A DNA stretch of 64,000 bases from Squalus acanthias (lineage: Eukaryota). This document shows, in pieces, positions 1-11,153 of the stretch. Made by a program: the position numbers and the translations under genes. Every line of letters begins with the position of its first letter. Position 1 is the stretch's first letter. The stretch spans positions 78,618,001 through 78,682,000 of the forward strand of contig CM059432.1 of assembly GCA_030390025.1 (NCBI GenBank), read 5' to 3'. The notes below the pieces were generated by a model. It was not told where the DNA came from and made no database searches. It was given only the letters and a program-made list of their open reading frames with translations.

Positions 1-500
1 CGCGGAGGGAGCGGTCCCTTCGGAATGCTGAAAGGGGAGGTGAGGGAAAGATGTGTTTGGTGGTGGGATCACGCTGGAGGTGGCGGAAATGGCAGAGGAT
101 GATCCGTTGAATGTGGAGGCTGGTGGGGTGAAAGATGAGGACAAGGGGAACTCTATCGTGGTTCCAGGAGGGAGGGACAGGGGTGAGGGCAGAAGTGCAG
201 GAGATAGAATGGACACGGTCAAGAGCCGTGTCAACCACAGTAGAGGGGAATCTTCGGTTGAGGAAAAAGGAAGACATGTCAGAAGCACTGTTCTTTCATC
301 CCCTCCCCCCTTTCCCAGCCCCTACACTTGTTTAAAAATCTGTTCCATTTCCTGCTTTTTTTCAGTTCTGATGAAAGGTCATCGACCTGAAACGTAACTC
401 TGTTTCTCTCTTCACAGATGCTGCCTGACCTGCTGAGTATCTCCAGCATTTTCTGTTTTTATTTCAGATTTCCAGCATCTGCAGTATTTTCTTTTTGTAT
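1..500. mobile_element. Penelope-like element fragment with inverted structure (1-~289 minus-strand coding remnant; ~290-500 plus-strand 3' terminal repeat), cut by window start
   Basis: 1-289 is the reverse complement of sequence homologous to ~37165-37420 (region upstream of the GIY-YIG domain). 290-500 matches the terminal segment seen at 2533-2641 and, inverted, at 1765-1960 and 37054-37160. Confidence 0.85.
364..399 (+). ncRNA. Minimal type I hammerhead ribozyme motif in Penelope terminal repeat
   Basis: agtt-CTGATGA-a-aggtc-atc-gacct-GAAA-cgta-act: catalytic boxes CUGAUGA and GAAA, stem II aggtc/gacct, stem I agt/act, loopless palindromic stem III (ACGT). Confidence 0.65.
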
Positions 501-1864
501 TTCAGCATGTTGGCTAAAGTGGAATCTTCAATTACTTGTGAATCCAGTGACACAGGGCAAACTAACTGGCTGCATTGAGCACAAATCAACACTTAAACCC
601 ACGATGAGGTTAGGGAGCATAGAAAATGAATGTGGTCTTTGCTTTCAGAAGGTTTTGCAGAGATGAAGGATGTCATTTAGTATGATCTTGACCTAACCAA
701 TAGCAGCATGCAAAACAATATGCAATGTGTGTGATATAACAGATAGGATGTCGGCTCTCAGGCCAGTGACCTGTCGTAGAGCCCATACCACACGCACGCC
801 CAGAAGACGTTGTCTACTGCAATGGTTCAAGCTATTCTGTCAATAATGCTCGATCATCCTCACACAACAAATTGTGTATTTCTGATGGAACAAAGTTCTT
901 TCTACTATGGGGAATCACGAGCATCACAGACAAAAACATGTGTACTAGATGAAAAGAAGCAGAAGCGTCACATGTTAAAACTACCTAAAAGATCCTGCAT
1001 ACATTGCAATACTGGATCACAAGTTATAAGTCACTTACAGTATATCCTTGTGTATATTGACTAGTTGGTGTTAACGTAACAACAAATATGCCATCATACA
1101 GGTAATGGGCAGAGATGGGAAGATTATTACCCACAATATATATGTATGGACAGATAATGGTAATTGGCAATTTTGTGCAATTGAAGAGATGTCTTATGCA
1201 AATTTACCAAAGACAGACAATGTGATTTGTGGCAGTCACATCAACACAAGTGATACCTTCAACCAAAATGCTGTTCAGTGAGGCTGACTTTAAACTCTTG
1301 TATCAGCGTAGATATATCCCCCACTACCCTAGTGCATTTCACTTCTCTCATTATCAACTGCACTTGGACATATAAATCAACCAACCTACCTTGCTTAAGC
1401 AACAGTGGAGGTCCAATTTCTGGTGAATCTTCTGACTTGCTGGCAGAGCACTGACCTCCCTCCTTAGCTTTTTAAGTGCACTGAGCTAGCTTAGCACATT
1501 AGCACGTTGTGACTTAAAATTGCAAGCACTTATACTGAGTTGACTGGCTCAGCCTTTGTTCATGGTCCGTGCTCCAGTTTGTTTTTTAAATCTAAGAATT
1601 TTTTTGTTCCCCATTCAGAAAGAGGAATCCAATCATTTATACTATCTCGTACTTAAATTCTGTTGTAGGTGCGTTGGAGGTAGATTTGGAAAATGGACTT
1701 CTGCACCTGTGGACCTACTGAAGAGCATAGACTAGTCTAAACAGGGCATAGCAATGTACACTAATACAAAATCAAAATACTGCGGATGCTGGAAATCTGA
1801 AATAAAAACAGAAAATGTTGGAAATACTCAGCAGATCAGGCAGCATCTGTGGAGAGAGAAACAG

Positions 1865-1901
1865 AGTTAATGTTTCAGGTTGATGACCTTTCATCAGAAC
1901 T
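1865..1901 (-). ncRNA. Hammerhead ribozyme motif (degenerate copy)
   Basis: Reverse complement reads agtt-CTGATGA-aaggtcatcaacct-GAAA-catt-aact; one stem II mismatch and GT->AT in stem III. Confidence 0.5.
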
Positions 1902-2540
1902 GGAAAAAGTTAGAGATGTAACAGATTTTAAGCAAGTGCAGGGGCAGGGGTGGAAAGAACAAAAGGGAAGGTCTGTGATAGGGTGGAAGGCAGGAGTGAT
2001 TAAATGACAAAAGGTATGATTGTACAAAGCAAAAGGAGATGGTAATGTGACAAGTAAAGAAACAAAAGATGGGTCTAGAAGAGGTGAAAATGGGAATAGC
2101 AGAATCATCAACAGCTGCCATCTGAAAAAATAGGGGTAGAGGTTATGGTCTGAAGTTGTTGAACTCGATGTTGAGTCCAGAAGGCTGTAAAGAGACTAAC
2201 TGAAAGATGAGGTGCTGTTCCTCGAGCTTACGTTAAGTTTTGTTGGAACAGTGTAAGAGGCCGAGGACAGAGGTGTCAGAGTGGGAATGGAGCAGAGAAT
2301 TAAAGTGACAGGCAACCGGAAGCAACACCTGCCCTTTTACCTCCTCCCTTCCACTGTCCATGGCCTTAAACACTCCTTCCAGGTGAAACAGCAATTTACT
2401 TGTATTACTTGCAATTTAGTATACTGTATTCGCTGCTCATGATGCGATCTCATTAGGGAGACCAAACGTAGATTGGGTGACCGCTTTGCGGAACACCTCC
2501 TTTCAGTCCGTAAGCATGATCCCGAGCTTCCGGTTTTTCC

Positions 2541-2577
2541 AGTTCTGATGAAAGGTCATCGACCTGAAACGTTAACT
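2541..2577 (+). ncRNA. Minimal hammerhead ribozyme motif
   Basis: agtt-CTGATGA-a-aggtc-atc-gacct-GAAA-cgtt-aact, all stems intact. Confidence 0.7.
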
Positions 2578-5407
2578 CTGTTTCTCTCTCCACATATGCT
2601 GCCTGACCTGCTGAGTATTTCCAGCAATTTCTGTTTTTATTATAGCAATGTACACAGTTGGTTCAGCACCAGACTTACAAAACCCAAGGCAAGTTTAAAA
2701 GTGTTTTACTGGGTGGCCTCATAATAACAAGATTGTTTAGCAAGCAGTACAACACAAAAAATTTATAGATCTTGGGTGGATCATATTGCAGAACATCCCA
2801 GATGGATCATGCATGCAAATCTCTGCTTGAATAAACCAATTATTTTCCCTCTTTGGAGAAAATTGATTTATACATCTCCTTATGCAGATGTTCAAGTGCC
2901 ATTTTGGGGTGAGTTGTAGGTGTCATGTGCCACAATTTCAGTGGTTAGCCATGTAATTGCAAAATCGATTGTCAGTTTGTTTTTCCAAAGGCTGGGAATC
3001 AATTACATCCCCCCCCCGTCCATCCGGCAGGAACAGTACATAGGAAGGGTTAAAATCACCTGAGCACACTGTTCCCACCTGACGACATTTTATCTTCACA
3101 GGCTCTGAAATTGGCCGATGCTCCCACTGCAGACAGGAGAGGGCCTACTTTAAATCTTAAAGTCGTAGCTTGATGATGTCATCTGTGGTGCGGCGGAATT
3201 TTAACTTCCCCATTTGGGAGGTCCATGCAGGGCCAACCCCAACACCTCAACCACGGCTGGAATATGCGGAGTGGTCAGAAGTTTGAAAAAGTAACTTTAA
3301 TGTGAAATCCTTGTGGGCCAGGGGGAGCAGGAGTGCTCCTCCCACCCCAGAGGCCACAAGGATACCTTGGGCCTCCCCTTCCCCAGGCTCCCACTTGCAG
3401 CCAATTCCCTTGTACTGGTACTTCCTCAGTAAACTTATTTTTTCCACAAGGCTGATTGCATGGTCGGTCACTGTGGACCTGTGATTTCCTGGGCAGTTCC
3501 TTATGCAAGCGCCATTCTGCGTTAGGAATGCTCAACCATGGAATGAGCTCTCCTGTGTCTCTGGACCTCCATTAATGACTCACCCCAACTTGAGCTAGTG
3601 CTGGAGCCTAAATTCAATGCTGTTCCCTCTTTCTCTTGACCTATAGCAACAGGAAGTGAGAAAATGCTGGAGAGAGGTAGGACCATCTCAGCATTCCAGA
3701 GAAGAGGTCACTTGACAACTCCACACAGTCGTACAATTGAGATCAGAAGCTCACCATTTGGGGAACTGTTGCTGCTTTACAACTTGCATCCTATTACTTC
3801 CCAGTGCAGCATATTGGAGCATTCCTTCAACTTAGTAATACTCGGCCTTGATGAAAATTTCTGAGTAACAACTGCTTTACTTTGAAGGATGTTACTAACA
3901 GACAATTCAAAGTATTTTCCCAGGCTGCCTCTGACCAGTTATAAAACACAGGAGAAATGAGAACTACAAGGCAACAACAGAGTGACAGATTTTAGTACCT
4001 TTAATATTATGTGGTGATTCAGATAAATGCAGCTTTCCCTCAGAAAGTGTTCTGCAAAAATTTAAGTGGGGTTATAAATTTCCTGAAGTGCCTCATATTA
4101 AATTGAAGCATCTTTACCGCTGTAAGCTTTGATGTAAATGATTGATGTTTTAATTCCATTGTATAATCAGTCTAAATTTAGGAAGACCTGATGTTTCAGG
4201 AGATTGTACCTTTGCTACAGTTAAGTTTTTAAGTTAAGTTAAGAATTTAAGTTCACAGGCTGTTATGATACGGATTTCAAAGTTTAAGTTCTTGAGCCTG
4301 GGGGCAGCTACTTTTTGTGAAAGGAATGATTCCTGTACAATCTGCACATTCTGTTTTAACAGACATTTTGTTGCGTGCTGTTTTTGCTGTGGATTTATTC
4401 AACATTTATCGGACACACTTTCATAACATGTAACAGGGAAAACTCCTCAGTGCACAAAAAAGGCTGCAAAACCTTCAGAATGGATGGTAAGTATCTATAC
4501 TGAGAATATTTCACAACATGAATCAAAGGTGTTGACAGCAGAGTAATTTACACCTCATGGCACACATGTGTGAGCGATAGGTACTAGTGGGGGTGTGTGA
4601 AAACAGTTGCAGGACCTTTCTGTGTATGACCATTGTTTACTATCTATAGAAATAGAGGCCCAGAAAACCCTAAAAGAATACAAGTGTTGTATTGTCTCTT
4701 ACCCTCAATCTATTATAATGGGAGGACAAACAATTTTATTTTTCTAATTCAAACCAGATGGAGAGAGTTAGTCTGAACAGCAGGGTTTGCATCGCAGATA
4801 CAGCATGCATTCAAAATGTACTGCATGGGCAACATTGATGTATACAATCTCAGATTTTTGGTAAATCTCATTGAAAATCAAGATTTTTTTAATTAATACA
4901 TTTTGCAATATATTTTCCCCAGTATGTGCAGCCTCTCACTGAAACTCAGATAGCATAAAGTTAAATAATATCATGATAATAATTCATTTCTCCTAAAACA
5001 CATACACAGTAATTTTAAGCACCTGAAATCTAATTTTTGTAGGTGTTGGGGATGAGGCTGGGGGTGTGGGATGGAATTGGCTTGCTTTGCTTAACATCTC
5101 ACTGGAATTACCTGAAAGAGCCACAGAAGAAAATGGGGGCACTTTAATAAGAAATAAAGTCATAGAAATACTGAAACCAAAAGATAGCAGTAAAAGGCAA
5201 GAAAATTCTAAGTATCCTCAAATATTTTTTTTAACTTAATTGTGGCTTATAAGAGATAATATCCTGTTTATGCGGTTACTCTGCTTCACCGGTGATGGTG
5301 GAAGAGTGATTCTGACAAGTAGTAGTTTCAAAAACTCCATTGCAGAGCTTTAAAATGTAAGTTACAAGTTCATAACATCGAAATGGTACAACGTGCATTG
5401 AGCTAAT

Positions 5408-6151
5408 GGCCCAAAAATTAGTCTCACTACGCGAGAGTACGCACTGTGTACTCTCGCGTATTCTGTCTCCAATTGCCGGTTTTCTGCATGCACTGCGCAT
5501 GCGCTGAAAACCGGCACTTGGTGATTTCAAAAGGGGGCGGTTCCTAAGTGAACCGCGTGCGCGCTACAGGCTGCGCGCACGCAGTGCACTTAGTGCTTTG
5601 AACGCGCAGGTAAGCATGGAAGATTTTGCACATAAAGAAAGGAGGCGTAAGACCCTCTTTTAACAAGGTAAGTAGTTAATTAAGTATTATTTTGAATTTT
5701 TTTCAACAGGTATATCTTTTTTAGAGACTTTAAAGAAAGGTAAGTTTATTTTTATAACTTTTAAAAAGATTTTAAATTTTTTCAAAAATTTAATTTTTTG
5801 TTTAAAGTGGTTAATTTATTTAACTATACTTATTTTATTAATGTGATGGTTTTTTTTTTTAGTTTAATTGAGGTTTAGCTGTTCTTTTGGGGGGGTATAG
5901 ATTCATAGCTTTCACAGCCCTTGCTGTGAAAACTATGAATGAAAGATGGTGTGCTGCCATTGGCTCTAACTGAATCACGTGATCCCACAGCTCGCACGAA
6001 TTAACTGCGTCTGTGGGATACGCAAGCACTGCACAGCTGCAGTCTTGAAAGTAAAGTTCGTGTGAGCTCGGAATGAAAAGGCAGGCGCGCAGTGAGATAT
6101 CGCGGGGAAGCCTTACCCCCGCAGGAAGGCTCCGTCTTTAATTTCTGGGCC
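5408..6151. mobile_element. Non-autonomous TIR element (MITE, probably PIF/Harbinger), 744 bp
   Basis: TIRs GGCCCAAAAATTA / TAATTTCTGGGCC (12/13 match); 3-bp TSD AAT (5405-5407, 6152-6154); CpG-rich subterminal hairpins; no ORF. Confidence 0.85.
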
Positions 6152-6559
6152 AATATTCTGGCTGCCATCTTTTGTTTTACTCAGTTGAAACTGTAGCTCT
6201 TGATAGTGCTGTCTGCATGGTTACAAAGTATGTTTTCCACCAGATGGCTGGCGAAGATAGTTCCTTCGACATTAAATAGAATCTTGATGGCTACTTGTAC
6301 TGGCATACAAGTGACACAGTGCTGAACTGGGTGGAGGGTGCTGGTAAGATTAGTGGTTTGTTGAGTACTACTCACACTCTCTGCCTTCATTTGAATCAAA
6401 ATTATACTAGTAATACCAGTAATGGCTCCTTGTGCATTATGACTACTAGCCTAGAAATTCCTACAACACCCTGCTGAGGACAGATTAGGAACAGAGCAGA
6501 ACTTCTGTCCACCCCATTGATATTCTCCTGACTCCATCCCAAATCCAGGTTATTAAAAA

Positions 6560-6652
6560 AAAGAAAAATCTTCCATTTATATAGCACTTTTCACAACCTC
6601 AGGAGGTCCCAATGAAGTACTTTTGAAGTGTAGTCACTGTTATAATGTAGGG
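6560..6652 (-). mobile_element. 3' tail fragment of DeuSINE-like SINE
   Basis: Homologous to 54110-54220 (catttatatagcac...aatgaagtacttttga.gtgtagtca). Confidence 0.7.
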
Positions 6653-8269
6653 AAAAGAATAATTTGTGTGGGTACCTGTGCCATTTTTGCTGTATCATCA
6701 ATTGCTATGAGGAAGTGGTCTTTGAAAATAATGGTGAGCCCCACTTCTGCCAGGAATAGGACCTGTTTCATGCAGGCGTACACAGTGTTGGGGGAAAGGG
6801 AGGTAGAACTGATGAGAATTCCTGTGGATAATATCATTCCACCAATCCCACCTCTTTCTGTGATGCATGAAGTGCCCACTTCAAAACAAAAATTTCTTTA
6901 AAAATTAAGTTAGATGGAATGTTCCAGATTCCATATGGAATTTTTCCCACTAAGCCTCAAACTGCCCACTAAGATCTGTTGCGAGAGGCACCTCATTTCT
7001 CCACTTGGCATCTCAGGAGGCCATCGAATGGATAGCCAAACTAGACATCCCATTATAAGCTTTCCCCGTCATACGAAACAACAGCAACAGAACAAGATGA
7101 GCTCACGTGCTGTCTCACTTACATACGGCTTTGGCACCACCTGTTCCACCTCCGCACTACAAGGTAAGTACGAATGAGAAAGATCAATCTGACCATCCTA
7201 GCTCAACCATCCAGAAAGAACCTAAAGTTTCCCCATCACAACATACAACTGTTTCTTAAACAATTCCAAGGCTTTTGCCTCCACTAATCTACCAAAGTCC
7301 ATTCAACATGTTGATCATTCTTTGTGTGAATAAACACCAAAAAAATAATTTCAGCACTTGGATGAAAGTTGGCTACAATTGTCCCTGAATTTACTCTTGT
7401 ACCTCCAAGTATACAAATCCAACCCAAAGAGAATATTCTTGTCTCTGCATAATACACACGGAAGAAAACATAACTTTATGATCTTGTAATTGAATAATTG
7501 GACCAAATATACTATTTCCCTTAAGACCAGAAAAAAAAAAAACAGATTTTTCTCTTATTTGTTTTTTCATTTTAAGTTACAGCTCTTGCTGTCTGCCACC
7601 TGCTAATGCAATCTAAGCACAAAGGGAATTTCCATTCACTCTTACCTCATTATATTGCTACATGGTGCTACTAATTGTGGGGGCCATGCCAATGCACAGC
7701 TAAACACCTACAGAACATGTCACAAAAACAGCACAGTTGTCAAATTCAGCAAAAGGAAAGTGGGCACTGTTAAATCCCTCCTGATAATGATACCAATACC
7801 ACTGCCAACAAAGGATTACCTCAAAACTGCCAGGAAAGCCAACTGTATTTATCAAGGTGAACCCTAGAGGTCTTAAGGATAGTTAATTTACTCCTTATCT
7901 AGGAAGATAGCACGGCTATAATTATTATAATATTCGGCCCATACCATTAGAATTCTAAATGTCTACTCCCTTTTAAATACTATTCGTACAACCACAATAC
8001 AAATTACTGTAAAGCACAGAGAAAGGAAATAAATTAAAGCCTCAGATAATAGGAACTAGGCCAACAACAACCGAGGAGAAATTACTTGAAACCAGGGTTC
8101 TTAAAACCATCTTGCTTCACCATGCTTTTTCCTGAAAAAGCGTTACCAAATTTCAAAAGAAACATAGATGTGTCAGGACATTCTGTTTTTAATTATTGAG
8201 AAACCTCAGTGAAAGGCCAAGGCCTACAGGGCAGGACATCAACATTGAAAAGCTAGGAGAGACAACAGA

Positions 8270-8360
8270 ACAATTACATAGGATATACGGCACAGAAACA
8301 GACCATTCGGCCCATCCAATCCATGCCGGTGTTTATGCTCCACTTGAGCCTCCTCCTCTA
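8270..8360 (-). mobile_element. Short CR1 3' end
   Basis: gcacagaaacagaccattcggccc motif matches the CR1/HER1 3'-UTR terminus seen in the other copies. Confidence 0.6.
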
Positions 8361-8580
8361 GTAGCCGTGTAAAGCCAAGCTCAGATTTTACAATCCTATA
8401 GATTGTGGAAGGAAGGAAAGAATCAGTGAAGTAAGAATTTCCACAGTTTACAGTCCTGGGAAAGAATAAGCTTGAGTATCAGACAGTGCGTTGAATCTTG
8501 ATTTAACAGAGTGATGGTGGAGACAATAAAACAGAGGATGGGACAGTGTATTTGGAGCTTAGAAAGAACAAGAGAGGAAA

Positions 8581-8750
8581 ATAGAATCATAGAATTATAG
8601 AATGGTTACAGCACAGAAGGAGGCCATTCGACCCGTCGAGCCCGTGCCGGCTCTCTGCAAGGGCACTTCAGCTAGTCCCACTCCCCTGCCCTTTCCCCGT
8701 AGCCCTGCAAATTATTTTCCTTCAGGTACTTATCCAATTCCCTTTTGAAA
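8581..8750 (-). mobile_element. Short 5'-truncated CR1 3' end with (ATAGAATC)n tail
   Basis: Octamer tail repeats plus cacagaaggaggccattcg; close homolog at 46429-46602. Confidence 0.85.
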
Positions 8751-9989
8751 ATTCCGAGGACCAATGACCGTGATAGTGTTGATAAAATAGATTAAGACAA
8801 AAAGTTGTAATATGAAGAAAGGTTTAGAAGCTAGAGACAAGAGAAGCATTGCCTGTCAGACAATGAGCATTTTTTGTACCCTGTCCAGGACTGTAAGAGA
8901 TGTTAGAGCTTCCCTAGATATGGGAACAGTATTCAACACTTGGAGAAGGTGGGGATTGTGTAAATCTAAGAGTAGTTGCAGGGAAAAGAAGTGCTTGGCA
9001 TGAAAGAGGAAACTGATCTTATTGGGAGTAATTTTAGGATAGGAGGAGATGTGCAAGTTGCATTTGAGATCATATCAAGAATGACATTCAAATTGCCATG
9101 TTGTTAGGGATTCAAATAAGCAAGGTCTGAGAACCAAAATACAGCAAGAGAAGAGTCCTGTGGGCAAGGCTGATATTGAGAAATGATCACAGCTGATGGA
9201 CAGAGCAAAAAATAAGGGATAGGATCAGGTTTGAGGTTAGAGACTAAATGAGAAGTAAGTACAGAAAATTAAGCATGAAAAGCTGAAGCTCAGTACCAGA
9301 ACCAGGAGAAATCTGATTTAATGCTATGTAGACTATAGCCAGGGTTGACATTAGTGGGAACAAGGTATCTGTGAGCACATGCAGAGCTTGAAGGATTGAT
9401 CCAATAAAACATGAATTATTTTCCTATCCCTCCTGCCTCTGCTTCCCATCTCATCTGGTCCACACTCTGCTCCCTAAAACTGCACAGCATGGCCAGTGTT
9501 GCTTCCAGGAATGTTCTTTCTCCCTCTTATAGCAAGAGCCAGTGAGGGAACACAACTAGCAAACATGGCTATCCCAACAAGAGAAAGGTCTTTTTACGTA
9601 AAATGCCATTAGCTTAGAAATAGCTGTTGGGGTAAACCTTTCCATTTTTAACACTAATATTGCTGAATGGCACTTTAAAATGTGAGTACAATGCACTCAA
9701 TTTATGTTAGGACAGTTATATTGGCAGATTCGGCACCAGACAGAAGACCCCATATTACAGCAGTATCACATCACTGGTGCTATTATTCATCTCACACAAA
9801 TGGAAAAAATATTATTTAAAGGCAAGTTGGTTCAAATTTTCTTGTCAAGCTACATTGATCGCTATATATCGTTACTATAAAGGTATGATTGTAGAACTCC
9901 AGACTAAGATATTTCAGTTTGAATCCTAATTTTGCTTCCTGTAGGGAGCAAATGTCATTTGAAAATTGACTGGCAGAGCCTTATTTAAC

Positions 9990-10515
9990 ATTGTACAAAT
10001 CAAAATTTAAGGTCCTCTTCCTTGCTTTCAAACCCTCATCGTATCTCAGCAATCTCCTCCACTCATACATCCTGTACACACTCCCTGCTCTTGTGACACC
10101 AGTTAATTCCTCATTTCCCATTCCCTCTCCTGTAATCAGCAGCTGCTCCTTCATCCACTATACCTCCATCTTCTGAAATTGTCTCCTTAAACACCTCCAC
10201 CTTGTCACCTGCCTCCCTGCTTTCAAAGATTTCCTAAAGAACCTGCTCTTCAATTGTGCTTCCACTTCTCCCCATCCCTCTCTTTGCCTTTCTCTCTCCT
10301 GCTCAATATCCACTCCTTTGGGGTAATCTTGATTTGGGTGATATTTTTATTTCAATTGACTTCAATAAAAATGAAAATCGGGAGAGATGTATAATGGGTA
10401 GTTGATCTGACATTACCCATTTTACACTATTGGCCAAAGGCAAAATGACCTCCTTTTCATCAGTGCGCTGAGACATCTTGCTCTAAACTAAGGAGCGCCA
10501 TAGAAATACAAGATG
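9990..10515 (+). mobile_element. Old L2-like LINE 3' end, apparently interrupted by a ~130-bp TIR element (~10320-10452)
   Basis: Degenerate 'KFKVL..FK..PSYLS.LL' frame and pyrimidine-rich L2-style 3' UTR; weak TIR ggggtaatcttg / caaaatgacctc. Confidence 0.45.
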
Positions 10516-11153
10516 TAAGATTGCAAATTACAGGATTCCATAGTCCCAAAGAATATTTGTCTAATTCAAAAGCATTAGTTTATTTATGTTGGCACCTTCC
10601 ACTACCTGGGGCCCTAAAGCCCAGATTACAACAAGAGCCCTGACTATAACATTTTTAGTACCACAAGGGAAAATAAAATAGTTTAAAAATATTAAGTTAT
10701 TTAAAAAAAAAACACTTTGACAAAGAAACATACATTGTTAACACATTTATTTCTAATTGACAATATTCTGCAGTACAATTATATAAAATTGACTTGGTAT
10801 ACATCTTATTCTATATTTTAAGATTTAGAGCGGGCATAAATTGGATAGCCCCCGAAAACGAGCGTGGGAACCGCGATGCACGATTAACCCGCACCTGTTG
10901 ATTGAAATGCAGGCAGCGCGCCAACTTGGTACTGCCTACTCATTAGAAAGATTTGTACGTGCAGCCAGCACTAACAGCACTGTTCATTGGCTGCGCGCAT
11001 CAGCAGGGGGCCCAAAATTGCAACTTCCTAGCATCACTTAAAGCTAGCCTGCACTGCTTAAAGCTAGCCTGCACCGCTTAAAGGGAGGTGCATTTTGGTT
11101 GGAGCAAGTACTGGGAGTCATGCAGGAAGTGACTGTCTGGGAAACAGTGAGGA

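Larger units (their letters stand above)
1762..2641. mobile_element. Penelope-like element insertion with inverted 3' ends at both termini and 14-bp TSD
   Basis: ATAGCAATGTACAC at 1748-1761 and 2642-2655. 1762-~2322 is the minus-strand C-terminus plus terminal repeat. ~2323-2641 is a plus-strand GIY-YIG remnant (homologous to 37497-37715) joined to the terminal repeat. Confidence 0.9.

Noticed and set aside
2990..3620. GC-richer block resembling an old MITE (similar blocks at ~18835-19422 and ~9629-9850)
   Set aside because: Could not identify matching TIR pairs or TSDs with confidence
8400..9330. Purine-rich stretch possibly an old minus-strand L2 body
   Set aside because: Too degenerate to show diagnostic motifs by eye
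11038..11082. Tandem 20-bp duplication (cttaaagctagcctgcac)
   Set aside because: Only about two units inside a transposon; not an array or CRISPR-like structure
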